From positions 6,076,001 to 6,140,000 of the forward strand of contig NC_135256.1 in the NCBI RefSeq assembly GCF_964204865.1: a stretch of DNA of 64,000 nt, written 5' to 3'. A program made the translations under genes and the position numbers. The notes under the pieces were generated by a model that was not told the DNA's origin, did not search any database, and saw only the letters and a list, made by a program, of their open reading frames with translations. This stretch comes from Styela clava. Its lineage: Eukaryota. This document shows, piece after piece, positions 1 to 14,000 of the stretch. Position 1 is the first letter of the stretch. Every line of letters begins with the position of its first letter.

Positions 1-85
1 CGAACTCGTAATAGAACTAAAATGAGGAAAATCGGAAAAAAATTATGGCCTAACCCTAACCTGGTACACACACTACAGAAGCACC
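1..85 (+). mobile_element. Merlin-like MITE, partial at window edge
   Basis: Same internal sequence and end as the 23469-23668 copy. Confidence 0.75.
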
Positions 86-791
86 CCTTTTTCACCACTT
101 TTGTATCGCGAGAAACTCTTGAATATTATAATTGATAAGAACGCCAGTACGCTTGTGTAAGACTAGTAATAAGTACGAGTAATAAAACGCCGTCGAAATG
201 ACCAGTCCTTCCAACTCATCCTCTTTTTCATCGATGAGGTAAAGTTTCCTCGACCAATCGGCCACCAGAGGCAGCATATACCAACCTTGCGAAATTGTTC
301 ATCCTTCGAGACATTGACCTGTCAAAGTTTGACTTCATAATAATCAAAATGTTGAATGAATTTTATATTTACTTAGTTATTATGAGTTCATTGTATTTTA
401 TAGGCTGTTATAAATTCGAAGTTAATTTACCCATATCTTATGGTAATTTCTAGGTAAAAAATGAATACGTCCGCCGATATTGTCGACAAATTTTATTACA
501 AAAACTTGTCAAAATGACTTAGAAATTACAGCAATAATATTGATTTTTTTAAACAGTGTCACGTGATCGAGTTGCACCTGAGTAAACCCGGATTGTTTGC
601 GAATATAATACAGAGTGTGGGCTTTGGTTTTGTAAAAATTTGTCGGTTTTGATAATACATCTGACACGCGTACGAAGTTTATTAGGTTGTTTAATCTTTA
701 TGATAATAAGAATAAACTATGAAAAAGAGACTTAATGCATTAAAAAATAAACACAAAAATCAAAATTGGTCATTTTTATCATAGAAAATTC

Positions 792-972
792 GATACTCCC
801 GTAGTGTGTACCAGGTTAGGGTTAGGCCATGATTTTATTCCGATTTTTCTTGTGTTAGTTCTATTACGAGTTCGGGGACTGCCTGTGTAAGCCAAGAGAA
901 TATACCCCATGTCCATAAGTTTCAGTCCTTTTATACAACTTGATGTAAAGTAGGCGAACCTTATTGGTACAC
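792..972 (-). mobile_element. Merlin-like MITE, truncated
   Basis: Reverse complement of the ~200-bp family. Confidence 0.75.
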
Positions 973-3900
973 AACTACACATATACACTTTAAATGTCTT
1001 CATCTTTCTTGTGCGCTCTTGTTTCTTCAATTCTCTTCGTCTGAGGGTATCGACACGCACGTATGCGATATTGTGCAATGAAGCATGACATAAATTTTAT
1101 CTGCTGTAGTCAAAACATGCATTATATTATATCAGTGAACCAAGTCGATAGAATGTCAAGGGGATGAAGCTGCAGACCGTTTTGGGACTTCTCAATTCTT
1201 TTTGTGTTTATTCGATTTTTGTTTTTTAGTTTACGCGCGGTTAAAATGAACTATGCTAACACAAGTTTATATTCTGTCTGTTCACAAATCATCGAGTCAA
1301 AAGTCATCGTCATGCTTCACTTCTTTTCCGCATCCTGGTTGTTTTCAAATGCCAGATTTGACATTCGACACCTTTGCGGTGTTTACTTGCACGCTTGGTC
1401 GATTAGTTCGCAGGAATTCTTTAATAAATCTGATAACACGCCGGTAGCTTTTCTTCTTATTTTTAATGTATAAAAACTCGTCGATTTTACTAGTATTCTC
1501 AAGTTTATTCACTTGCTGTACATCTTTTATATATTATGACGCTTTCTATGTTTTTCACTCAGAAAATGGCTCTATAAAGCAGCCACGTATTATATGACTC
1601 AGATAATTGCTTGCAATGGCTAAAAGTGACCACTCTATATTCTACTGTACATTCGTACTGAATAAACTTCAGCAAAATTCTGAAATAGTTTCACATCAAC
1701 CAAAACTGTCAAGTATAATTAAAATATTTAATGAATCTAACATATGCAACAACAGAAACGTGTCACCTACTTTTTCTTTCCCACATATAAAGTTCGTTCT
1801 AATTGATGCCAAGTTGGGTACTGTGCAAATATACATAAAAGAGCCATTCTGAGTGCAGAAATATCTTTTTATTGATCGAAATATTCAACATATCTAACAT
1901 ATACAAAGACAAGTCGTACCATTTTTTTCTCTCTTTATAAAACGTATACCATAAATTTCGTACATGGCTTTCTGACACAAATATACATAAAATAGTCAAT
2001 TCTGAGTACAAAAATATCTTTTATTCCGCGATAACCCGTTTGTAGATAACACACTTGAGTACGACTTTATCTATATTCTACTGTTTTATAAGGAAGTAAA
2101 ATCTGAATCTGCCAGTGTGTATTTGCGTTGTGGTTTATCTTTTTTAAGCCTGCTAACAATGTTGTATACGACTAGTGGTATTTATTGTTGGTGTAAGTGG
2201 CGCCACCGAGTAATACAACCAACAAGATGTGATCAAGATTACTTTGAGTCATAAAGGAAATTTATACACAGAAATGATATTACTGTATACTATTATATAT
2301 GATTAAAACCCAAAAGTTTGTTTTTATATGGGCTACAATATTATTATTAATAAAGGTAAATTTTTTAAAGTTCAGAAAAGTATTTCCAACAATCAATTAC
2401 GCAATACTACCAGAGTTTTCCAACGTCAGATTTTCAGGGACGATAAAAATATTAAAACACAAAATTCCACACGTTTGAAAGTAATTTGAGATTATAAGCA
2501 ATTTTATAAACTACTTTTAATTAGGCAACAATGTTTTTGAAATTCACTGGTTATCTCCACAACATTTTATGATAATCAATTAAGTAAACGGTCCCACGCA
2601 ATATATCAAGATTGTGCCCAATTTGGTGCCATTAAGGCTAGTTTAGTTATCTACTGGTCTTAAGTACGGAGTCATATTTTATCTAACATTTGCTTAATCC
2701 AGGTAGGCGTGTCCCAAGTCACTTAAGCCTCGCGCTGTATTGACATAATGGGGATTTTGATTTTTGATAATAGAAGTGACCTTAGAGAGTATGGTCATAA
2801 TGTTTTATTAAGTTTATAAAAGGTATTTACTTTTTGGCGCGCTTGTGTTCATTCCCTGTCCATTTTCTCATTTTGAGGGTATCAAGCGCTTTTATTGATA
2901 TTTATTCCCCGCTAGATGGCAATAAAGATTTTGCCAGAAAAATCGTTCCCGGCTAAAATGTATAAAAACGTATGGTAAAAATACTGGCGTTTTACAGTAA
3001 TTGAATAAACTAAAAAAGAGTTAGTTTAGGTATGAACTGTTAATGATGTTTTGCTGAGCAGTCGCAATTTACGTGAAAGACCGTGGCCGCGGTGTTGTGT
3101 TCCCTTTCTTGACAACTTGACTTCAACCTGCACTCTTAAAAACAGAATAGAAGACATATCCGGTGTCTCTTAGTTGCTTATCAGGTTTCTGGTGGACTGG
3201 TTTACTAAGTAGTGAATTAGATGAATGAATACTATCGACCTTGTATGAAATTTATTTCTTATTTTTCTCGTTGGGTGCTCTTTGTTTGTATTATTTTGGG
3301 GTGAATGGGGCCTCTATTGTCTCTTCTCAAAAGGGTTCGACGAGGTTTAGGGAATACGAGAAGCTTGGGGTGACAATTTCGAGAGCATCAATACAACATG
3401 ACTTTGCGAACTTTTCTCCGCTCGTGTGTGAGCGAGATGCCAAGCATACGTTGTTGTTTTCCAGTTAACTACATTGTCGTCATAGAAAATAGGTTACGCG
3501 AAGACTTTTTTTTTTGCTGTGTGGGACAATTTTTACAGTTGAAAGGGTAGTAATTGTAATATTCGAAAAACTGAATATTTTTATTTTCAAATCTATGCGA
3601 TATCCTCTCGTGTGTCTCGTTTTTTTACCGTGCAGGACAATTTTGTTACCGTGTAGGACTATTTTTAAGATAAAGGGGTGAATGTAATTGTAATATTTGA
3701 AAATGAATATCTTTATTTTCCAAATCTATGCGATGTTAGTTAAGTGCTTTAAACACTGTTTGCTAATATGAATATGTTTAAATTATATATAAAAGTATCG
3801 TCTTTACTAAAAACGAATTAAACATAACCATATTTTAATAGAATAGTAAACCGTGTGTTGAACAAAGCAGTATGCTTTACAGCAGTGTTTATCAAACTTT

Positions 3901-4832
3901 TTCAATCATGACATACTTGGCACGATCAAATTTATTCTTGACCCTCAGGAACTAAAATAAAAATTAAACTTAACAATACATAAAACGCTGAAAAATAATA
4001 TCAAAAATGGTAAGACAGATGTGCTTTCATATATTCGCACAAAAAAATCTAATCTTAACTTTATTTCGGTGATGGTGCGTCTTAGTACTGGTTCCGAATC
4101 TTTCAGATTTGGTCAATATTTTGTTTTAACATAAGTCAGCGCCGAAAAATATTTTACCGCAACTTTTACAGCATTTTGCACGGTCCACCAACTGAACTTT
4201 GATTCGAAAACTAACCCGTCCAGATTTGAGAACCTTGTGCAGCTTAATAGTGCCACCAAGAGGCCACAATAGAGACAGATTGAACATGCAGAAACTACAA
4301 TTTTTTTTTTTCGAGAGTACTCTTTGTTTTTAGAGCAATTTTTCTTACATATCAAGAGAACCCTTGAACGAGAAACTAAATTGTTTTATCAGTAAATCTC
4401 TAAGCCTCCAAATTGATATATAGACCGCATCATCTAATTTTGTGGCGATCAAGATCATTTCTCAATTCATAATAGTGAAAAGCGGTCTCAGCAGGCAACG
4501 ACACAATAGTCTAAGAATGCATGGTTTCCTCTGTATGAGATATAAAAATATCTGGAATGTAAAAGCATGCGTAACTATGATTAAATTGATGATAATCGCC
4601 CGGTGAAAATTTATCTTTCACTGACATGGTTCAAAAATAGTCCAGGACTACTTTGAACCATTTTCCGTGCATTAGAATACTCGCCAAAGCTGTACAATAC
4701 CGCATATGTTATTTAAACATACATATATAAACGTTTCATAAGGCGTATAGAAACTAACCTCTCCCGCTCAAGTTATAGCGTGCGCGAATGATATCACCAG
4801 ACGCGCCAAGACACGGATGAGTTACAATTATA

Positions 4833-4913
4833 CTGGGTGTCTGTCCCAAAATAAATGAAACCCACAAAATTGGTAATCGACTTGATGGGTTCCATTTATT
4901 TTGGGACACCCTG
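4833..4913. mobile_element. Short palindromic Tc1/mariner-like MITE
   Basis: CTGGGTGTC..TGTCCCAAAATAAATGAAACCC / GGGTTCCATTTATTTTGGGACACCCTG inverted repeat preceded by TA. Confidence 0.6.
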
Positions 4914-5433
4914 CATATATGCTTTTGATCAGGATTTATGCCTAGATCTCAGACCATTATTTTTTCGTTTAAAATTGAAATTTTTTCACCATCTTTATTA
5001 CGCAAAATAACATAACCGTCGCTGATTGGATACAATTCGGTAATCAGAAACGCGACTTCCTTAATTACGTTTCTGTGTTTATTATAGATATAGATGTTTA
5101 GTCTCACATTTTCTATCTCAATTGCGACTGTCTGCATCCGCCGTCCCCTTTCATCATTAACCAAGTAATCACACCGGTTATCTTAAGGACGTTGATTATA
5201 TTTGAAGTGATTTTGTCTGGATTTCTCGTTTGAACTTTGTGTATGATATCATTCCAAATACTCGAATAAATATAAAGGGTTTAAAATCTAAACTTTAAAT
5301 GGTTATATACTTTACAGCGGTTGAGCGCAGGAACCTTACAGACCTCTTTGATTTACATATGTAATATTAAAATGGAATTTAAACTTTAATAAAATTTTCA
5401 ACGCTAGTGTAAGTATTTTATCATCCAAACCCT

Positions 5434-5546
5434 GGTGCTTCCGAAGTATTTATACCAAGATGGCGCACAACCTTAACATAGTATGTGTACCAGGTCACGA
5501 TTGTTCAGGTTGTGCGTCATCTTGGTACGAATACCTTCGGAGCGCC
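5434..5546. mobile_element. Merlin-like MITE, short palindromic form
   Basis: GGTGCT...AGCGCC termini, ~45-bp inverted repeats. Confidence 0.75.
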
Positions 5547-7073
5547 TAAATCTTTCTATGTATATATATGAATATTATACAAACATGCAATTTCTATATC
5601 GGGTTCTTTGCCAATTTTATGAGTCAAAAACGAAATTTGAAAATGTTATTAGTGTTCAACAAAAAGTTGAATATGTTCCATACAACGCTAGCTCGGCTAA
5701 GCAATGTTTAACCGCTTTCGGTCGTAAACAGGGCATACTTAGTCCGTCGTATTATTTTGTCTCCCTGTTTGACCAAATTTGGATGACAATTTCAAACCGG
5801 ATCAGAATTACGATGTTTTCAAATATATTCAAGAGTTAAAAGTGAAAGTTGTAATCTTTTTTTCAAATCTCATATCAACTCACAGTCATCTCCCGTCAGA
5901 CATTATATAACTACTATAATACAAGTCATAGTCGTCGGTTCAGTGATTGACTGATAATTTGTCCGAATCATTTAATATAATGACTGGTGTCATTTTAAGA
6001 CTGATAAATTGTGATTCGAATCCGACTCTGGTCGAATCAATGACTCTCGTTTTACCGGCACTTGACGATATTTATAGTATATTTTGAATATCAGCATTTT
6101 GTATCGATGAAAACAACAATATGTCACCGGATATATATTCAACTTTTAATTATCAATTTTAAAATCATGTTAAATCACGCTGGATACGACCCATTATTTT
6201 TAAACCTTAGACCTACTTGGCAGAGACAAAACGACACAAGTCATGATTTTCCGAGTAATCTCATTATTCGAGGACATAATACCATGGTTTTCCTGTATTT
6301 TGATTGAAATTAAGGCTCTTTAACGTCTAGCCAATTTGATGTGGTTTATAATGGTACTTTGTTGCTCAGAAAGGACATTTAAGATTCGATGGTTTACCTA
6401 GTAATCGTCGGCCGTGTTCTATAATAAATAGTATCAAACGTGGTAATTAATTTGCTTTTCCTCATTTCGCGTCGGTTTTAAGAAGCAATTACAAAATCTA
6501 GGCTATTATCTTGGAACTATTATTGTCTGCGGGTTTTTTTTTCTAATTTCCAAGTGATAATGTTATTTCTAGTTGATGCAAAGTGGTTCTCAGTTTTTTT
6601 TTTCACAAAGTATTTTTGTATAGATTCCGTCCACAATTGACTTTACATACGACCAAGATTATTGTGTTTTTTTCCACAAAAACAATTAGTGAAAAAAAAG
6701 TGAACTATTATTGTATCATCCAAATGTAATTTTTGATCGAGAAATTGAAACTAATAAAAACTGCTTTGTCAAACCATCACTATTTTTGAACGAAATATAT
6801 GCCTTCACAAAATTATTAAACCTTTCAAATCACAGTGAATAGTTTGATATGATAATAATTTTTAGGATCCCTTTTCTCATTCCTATTCAATGGGATTTTA
6901 ATTATGGTCCACTAGGCGCTCTACTTGGAATGAAAAAATAATTTTTCCGAAATAATAATAAACTTTGTCTGTTTAATAATTACGTGGGCGATAATTCTCG
7001 AATTATATTTAGAATGTCAATGTTTATGGGGCGTAGGTTTCTAATACGCATATTCTGATGCAATCGCTAGATT

Positions 7074-7286
7074 GCTACTCCTGTAGTGTGTGTATCAGGT
7101 TAAAGTTAGGACATAATTTTATTCCGATTTTTCTTATTTTGGTTTTGTTACGAGTTTGGGACTGTCTGTGTTCGCCAAGTGAATATACCCTCTGCCCAAA
7201 GGTTTCCGTCCTTCCACACAACTTGATCGAAAGTAGGCGAACAGAATTAGTTACCTCCATATTGGTACACAAACTTCTGGAGCGCC
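7074..7286 (-). mobile_element. Merlin-like MITE (~210 bp)
   Basis: Family match ending in GGAGCGCC. Confidence 0.78.
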
Positions 7287-8012
7287 AAGTTCTCAATATA
7301 AAAACCGATATAAAGCGTAAGAATATCAAAATTTATGATAACTTAGGTCGTAAAGCGCTCAGAGTTGACTTTCAAGTGAGAAATTGTCATGGATTAAAGA
7401 CAATGAAAATTGACTCTCTAACGCCACTTTGCGAATTTCATGATTTCTGGAGAATTATCTCGCTTTCCACAGCAACAAAACACAAAACATCATCCCTGAC
7501 AAATATTTTGGTGCTACTATAGCGAGGGGGTAATACTATAGCGTCAGGGGTACATTGGTGTTTCCCGGCCCTAATAGATATCACGTATTTCTTTATATAG
7601 TTCTGCTATTGACTTAGCAATTTATGACATTTATCTGACTCTACTAATCCCAACGCGATAACCATCAGACTGTATCTGGTTAGTTAGGCAACATACTACA
7701 GTAGACCTTACGTTATAGAAACACCGAAATTGATTACTAACCACTTCAGCTAGTCACAATATTCTGCTATGTCTATAAAACTATTTCCCCCTCGACGTTT
7801 TTTGTAAGTATTATTATTAGACATTCTCATAGGTGACGCTGCTCAATAACCATTACTGGTTTATCGCGCCTCACTTCACACTGAAATGCGTTCTTTCATC
7901 TTTAGTATGTCTTTCTTTCTTATTCAGTATGTCAATGTGTATTTTCGGCATTTGTAAAAATAAACTACTGACTGACTGTGCATTATCAAAGTTTTAAAAA
8001 CTATTTTTTCAG

Positions 8013-8069
8013 TATCGTGGCGGAGAATGTGGAACCAAGATGTACTGCAATGCAACCAAAGGAGAAAGG
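8013..8069 (+). CDS. COL4A1: COL4 exon (7S): [19 protein letters not shown]
   Basis: ttttttcag|...|gtaaga, 57 nt, phase 0-0. Confidence 0.85.
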
Positions 8070-11000
8070 GTAAGACATTTTTGATTGATGTTTCATAATT
8101 TGGTAAACTCGTAAACACGCAATTCCAAAACAGAACTAAGCATGACTCGTTTTTATTTTAGGGGGTATTTCCAATTTTAGGGGATGGGAGATAATTTGCT
8201 ATTAGCGATAAAACGATTTGTAACTTGTTTGGACGTCAAATTTTTTGGGGGGTGGTATCCGTTTATAGGGCTATAGGGGGTGTGGGAAAATCACTGCTTA
8301 GTAACACAATGATATAAAATTCAGATTTTGTAATTTGCGCGAACGCTAACCAATTCGTTAATTAAGAAACTTATTTTTAACCAACATAAACATCCATGCT
8401 TTATTTTTGCATTTGCTGTCTGTCAATAGTTCGTACAGACACCCGTTTATTGCTATTAATATTTATTCCTATTTTAGGGTATACCTGGTCTCGTAGGATT
8501 GGTTGGACCACCAGGGTTGCCAGGTTTTCCAGGACCAGAAGGTGCAATTGGACAACGAGGAGAACGAGTACGTATTCTTATTCCTTCCTTTTATTTTTTG
8601 TCAATAAAATATCACGATGTTTGTTCCAATTTTAATTTGTACTTGTTGGAAGCTGTGTATCGATCGTTTCCCTATTATTTTGTTCTTGTTGGTATTTTTC
8701 TTCTTGTTGGTATAAAAAAATCGCTTGAAAACGAAAATTGGGTGCTCCCGAAGTATTCGTACCAAGATGCCGCACAAACTGAACAACCTGATTTGTACCA
8801 GGTTAGGGTTGTTCGGTTGTGCGTCCTCTTGGTACGAATACTTCCGGAGCGCCGTAAATTGTATAACGCTAGAGGGCTATTATTTCTGCTTATTCTCAAT
8901 TTTCTATGAATCCTAGGAGATTTGATATTTCAATTTTTTTTTTCAAATTTGCATCTCGCAAGAGATAAATTATCTTTCTCATGGGATAAATATTATATCC
9001 TATTCTCTCTTACACACAACTACGCAACATGTGAACTTTATAAAATTTTTATACACTTTAGGACAGGATTAACGGATTTGCATTAATCAAAATTTATTTC
9101 TTTCCTCTTTCAGGGTGAATTCGGAGAAGCCGGAGCTACAGGACCAAAAGGATCCAGGGTATGTTATCAGATTGATGAAAATAACATCAAATTTTAAGTC
9201 GATAGGTTTATTGGATTATTAGACGATTTTTATGCGCCATTCAGTCAAATATTTTGACGAAGGGCTCTCCGTGGTATGTGCACCATGATGGCGCACAACC
9301 TGAACAGAACATAGTATGTGTACTAACTAGGTCAGGGTTATCAGGCCATCTTGGTATACATACTACGGAAGCGCCAAAATATTTTGACTCTCCGCATTAG
9401 CTTTGGAAAATACTCAAAAGCAGTAACTTATAGGCTACAGCGATAACAGTTCATTCCTTGCATTCTTGGTGAGTTCGTTGTTCTTTGAACATTGGGTCTC
9501 ACCCAAAATTTCAAGCTAATGATGCCAACAAAATAACATCAACGCTCTAATTACTAGGCCTTCTAGTATGAAGTGAGATCTTTAAAAAACTACGTTCCCC
9601 GCCCACACGTTATTTTTAAAAGAACATAAGTTTTTGTTGTACCAGGAAAATTGTGGTAAAATAAGTAACCTATGACTTATTAATCTATTTCATCTATAAA
9701 CAAGATTATTCAAAATATAACCACGCAATCTGAAAACATATTCCGATATTTATTGCCTAAGCAATGTCTTCTTCATTCATTAAAGAAATCATGCGCGAAT
9801 TTATACACGGTCCAAGGATGATTTGGGCTCTTATTTGCCGATCTTTTGCAGATGATCTAGCATGTTTATAATACGATTTCAAAACAATAGAGTAATTGTT
9901 AAAATATCGATGTGTTTTCTAAATCCAAAGTAGCTTATGTAACATATTTCAGAATGAGAAAGCCTGCTTTTTATCTGGATTTTAAAACTACACTTGTTTT
10001 AATTTTGATGTTAGGCAGTGATTATGTCCATTTTGATGTTTGACTGTAATAACCAAAACCTTAAAATGTGACATGAAATAATTTCGTTCTAGCCCGACGA
10101 TATAGATCAAAAATATATATTGTTGTCAGATAGTTAGTTAATGCATTTTTCGGATAAGTTCATAATTTTTCAAAAATTGGAAAAATCTTATTTATTCTGT
10201 ATATTGTAATCATTGATTGATCAATCATCTTTGTTGCGCATTGGATTCTGTGATAAGATCTGCGACAAAAAACGTTCGCGGTGTAAATTGTTAGTATTTG
10301 TAAACAAAAAAATATAGTTAAGAGTATATGAATGAGGAATTATTCGAATTTCACATTCCGTTCTAACGAAGAGTAGGCCGTTTAAATATAAAACAACAAA
10401 ACAATTTTAGACTGTACAAACTCATCTGGAACGGAGCATACGAACTTTTCGTCGGTGCTTCTTTTTTGTTGTCCAAATGTAAAAATTATAACGTTCGCCA
10501 AGCAAATGATGTCTAAAGCTTATTGTCAACTCACAATCTACAATCTTTTTTTAGGGTGTGAGAGGATACCCCGGACATCCAGGAGCGCATGGAGCTAATG
10601 TAAGTTGACCAGCTTGCTAGAATATCGAAAGCGGAAAGATATGGGTATAAAATTCAAGGAATTCTGCTTGATTTTCTTTGATCGTGCGGGTTTTAGAAAT
10701 TTGAAAGTTTAAACGCCTGTATTTATATTATACTCGACTGAATATATTTATATATTTATTATGAGTTGCAATGACGAGAGACTGGCTATCTATCCTTCCT
10801 CTCGAGGGTATACCTTAACGCTAATAGGTCCCATATGCGTATACAGCAGCAAAAGTGCTGTAGCAGGAATAAAGATGGCCCTATTATGAGATTCAAGAGT
10901 CTTGTCTCACATCAGCACATGTATTTTTATAACGGTACGTCCTGTGCAGCAAAACTCTTGAATTCAATAGCATCTATATTTTTAACCGGAAAAAATGTTT

Positions 11001-14000
11001 TGTTTCAGTGTATTTTCAATTAATATTAAAGAGAATCCGCAAATCAAGTGCAACAACTAATTTATCTCTCACTGGGAATTCTTGTTCGAAAAATTTCGAT
11101 TTTCTTCAATTGTATATTCCTTTTATTTCAGGGTATCAATGGTTTACATGGAACTCGTGGCCCACCGGGTTTGCCAGGATGTAACGGAACTAAGGTAACG
11201 AGAAATTTATTTATGAGGAACAGAAAAAGTACTTGAAAAACATTTTGGATTTTGTTTAAACTTTTGTATCAAAGATTTATAGATATTAGCAAGAATGAGT
11301 AAATATGTATTTTGAAAATTTATGATTTCTGGTCTCACATTAGGATTTGAGCAAGTAGCCAGGTGATATTATGGAGAATTGTTACGGACTGGTTTGTTGG
11401 CTTAGTTATTTTTACTATCAAAACCTTTCCGATTCTAATTTTGGTTTAATTCTGTCTTTAAACGATGCAGAAGATGCTTTTATTTTGATTATGTCTGACT
11501 GAAATTCCTGTGATTTGTGAATTTCAAAACCCCGTTTTCCGATGAATAAGATTCGATTGTTGCCTTATTATTTCAGGGTGAAACTGGACCTCGTGGACCA
11601 AGTGGGTTGCCAGGTTTGAATGGAGAAGTTGGATTTTCAGGATCTAAGGGTGACAAGGTCAGTTATTCTATTATTTTTTTTTGGTATGCCTTTCCACGTT
11701 TTGTATAAAATGATTTTAAGGCACATTTGCGTTCGATTTTGGACGAAACGTAAGTAGAGTGGGACATGTCTGTGAGGGGCGTCCAAGGAATTTACTAATA
11801 TTAGCACTAAGTGCACCACGCCAAGCCATATCACACTGAATTCAAATTGATCCAAACTGAATTAACCCTTTTCCTTCTCTGATCCGAGAACGGCAAAAGT
11901 GCCTTTTTATGTCGTTGGCAGAGTGCACGTATCTAACACATTGTAATTTTTTACTCCTGTTCAGGGTCAACCTGGTGAAGTTTTAAACCGAGTTCCCGGA
12001 AAGAAAGGTGAACCAGGAAGACCTGGGTTGGAAGGTCCTTCGGTAAGTATTTTTATCTATAGATACAAAGCATGATTTGAAAAATAAATACGATTTCAAC
12101 TATGTAAATGATGAATTCAATTATAAGTAAATTTAAATCAGCACAAAGTCGATACATGGGTGATAAAAATTAATTTGCGAGATAAAAATAAACAACATAA
12201 ACAGGAACTTCAACGCCGTGATCAAAATGTTGAATATTTTGCTTCTTTTGTCCCAAGTTTTAACATTTCCGCAACGTAATTTAGGTCGTAAAATATACAG
12301 AGTGTCCATAAATCCCCTTCACAATTTCAATTTTATTATGAAGTCAGTTCTCAATATTTCTTGAACAAATTTGTTGTTTTTTATTCAGTAATTGTTCATG
12401 TATTTTCACCTTATTTAGTACGTCTGTGAGGGCCAAAACAGTATATGGTATTGATAAATTCTCTTGGCAATTTCAAAAAATTTCAAGATTTTATGGACAT
12501 TCTATAGTCCTATACAATTCACAAATATATAATTAGGAAGCTTACATCGATTGAAATACTCGCGTATGTCATCTTAATGTTAAATTAATGAACTAAATGT
12601 AATTTTATCTGGGATTAAAGACTCATTTTTGCGAATTACGACAATCAATAATTTTTTTATGATATTCAGGGTATTCCAGGAGAAACTGGACCAGTCGGAC
12701 CAAGAGGTTTTATTGGGAATCCAGGCCCACCTGTAAGTATACACAACAATTTCAATACAATTTTTATCTCATTTTTCATAAAAAGTCCGTACTGCTTCAT
12801 TGATTGCATTACTCAGAAGAAAATGAATCTGTTTATATCTATCTGTTCGCCAGCATCGAATAAATTAATGAAAATGCATTTTGACTACAATATCTAATTA
12901 TGAATCACAGATATATATGTATAAAATAGGAGTCTATCTCTACTTGGACCATAGACATTTGTCTATAGAATAAACGAGATGAAATTTGGTGAAAAAAAAA
13001 TAATTCCATGAAAAATATTTTAGAGTTTTAAAAACTATATTTATTGTTTGACGTTTTTATATGTTTTCTCTCCTGATAAGGCTCTGTTCAGGCAATCATT
13101 ACTAAGTAAAACTCTATACAGAATCTTTTCAATCCGGAATTGTTTTTCCAATGTATTACAAACTGGATGAGATGATTACTGCGATGTGAATATAGCTAAG
13201 TGATTGATTTCACAAAGCGACAACGGCATATAATCTTACTTTAAAATTCTATTCGCCTATTTTACAAATCAGATGAATTCACGGTATAACTGACAATATT
13301 TTTTTGTTATCACAGGGCCCTCCTGGAAATGATGGACCCAGGGGAGACAAGGTAAGGGCTGTGTTACATTTATTTTTTTATTCATTCATCACTTTTGAAT
13401 GATCAAAGTGCAATAGTTTCAAATAACGAATTCTCAGATTAATAGGTTTGTTTCTGATTAGTAAGCCAATTAAATCCTAGAGATATTTTTCTTCTTGTAG
13501 GTGTAGTGAAATTCCATTTTTTTCTGATTTGGCCGCATCAATGGATTATAATTTTAACATTTACGTTTTTGCTAGTAGAATATATGCTTATATAATGCTT
13601 ATGCTGTGTTTTATTATATTATCCAGGGTCAGATGGGTCTTGGATTCCAAGGCACAAAAGGAGAAAAGGTAAGAGTCACCTTTTATACCATGTTATTTAT
13701 GTATCTTTTGTTCTTAAATTTTTGTTTTCGAACAAAACTCTCGCGACCTAGTTACAAAATATAACAAATCATGTGTCATCATTTGGTAATTAAATGTTAT
13801 ATCGACAAAATATCACTGGAATTTTTATTTCTTGGTGTCTGAGACGAAATATTGAAAATGACATATGACCAGAATTTTGAATTCACTTCTTTTTGAAGAT
13901 AAATCACATGTATTTGTGGTCAGGAAAGTTTTGTTCATTTCATTGTGTCTGTCAGTTTGTTTGTCTTTGTGTCTATTTCTAATTGTCTGTGTTTGTTTGT

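Noticed and set aside
92-330. Minus-strand ORF 92-277 with an upstream acceptor-like tttgacag, considered as an exon of a divergent COL4A2
   Set aside because: No signal peptide, Gly-X-Y or recognisable homology; other frames stop quickly.
2093-2192. Hydrophobic stretch (VYLRCGLSFLSLLTMLYTTSG) as the signal-peptide exon, possibly linked via 7347-7375 (GRKALRVDFQ)
   Set aside because: No initiating ATG ahead of the hydrophobic core, donors are phase 1, and the model needs two extra weak exons.
3241-3468. ORF with hydrophobic N-terminus as exon 1
   Set aside because: Starts at TTG after an in-frame stop; the ATG-led frame gives a phase-2 donor that does not join 8013.
7058-7522. 154-aa ORF and similar ORFs at 779, 23988, 42433, 44516, 50433
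   Set aside because: Chance translations of the non-coding Merlin-like MITE.
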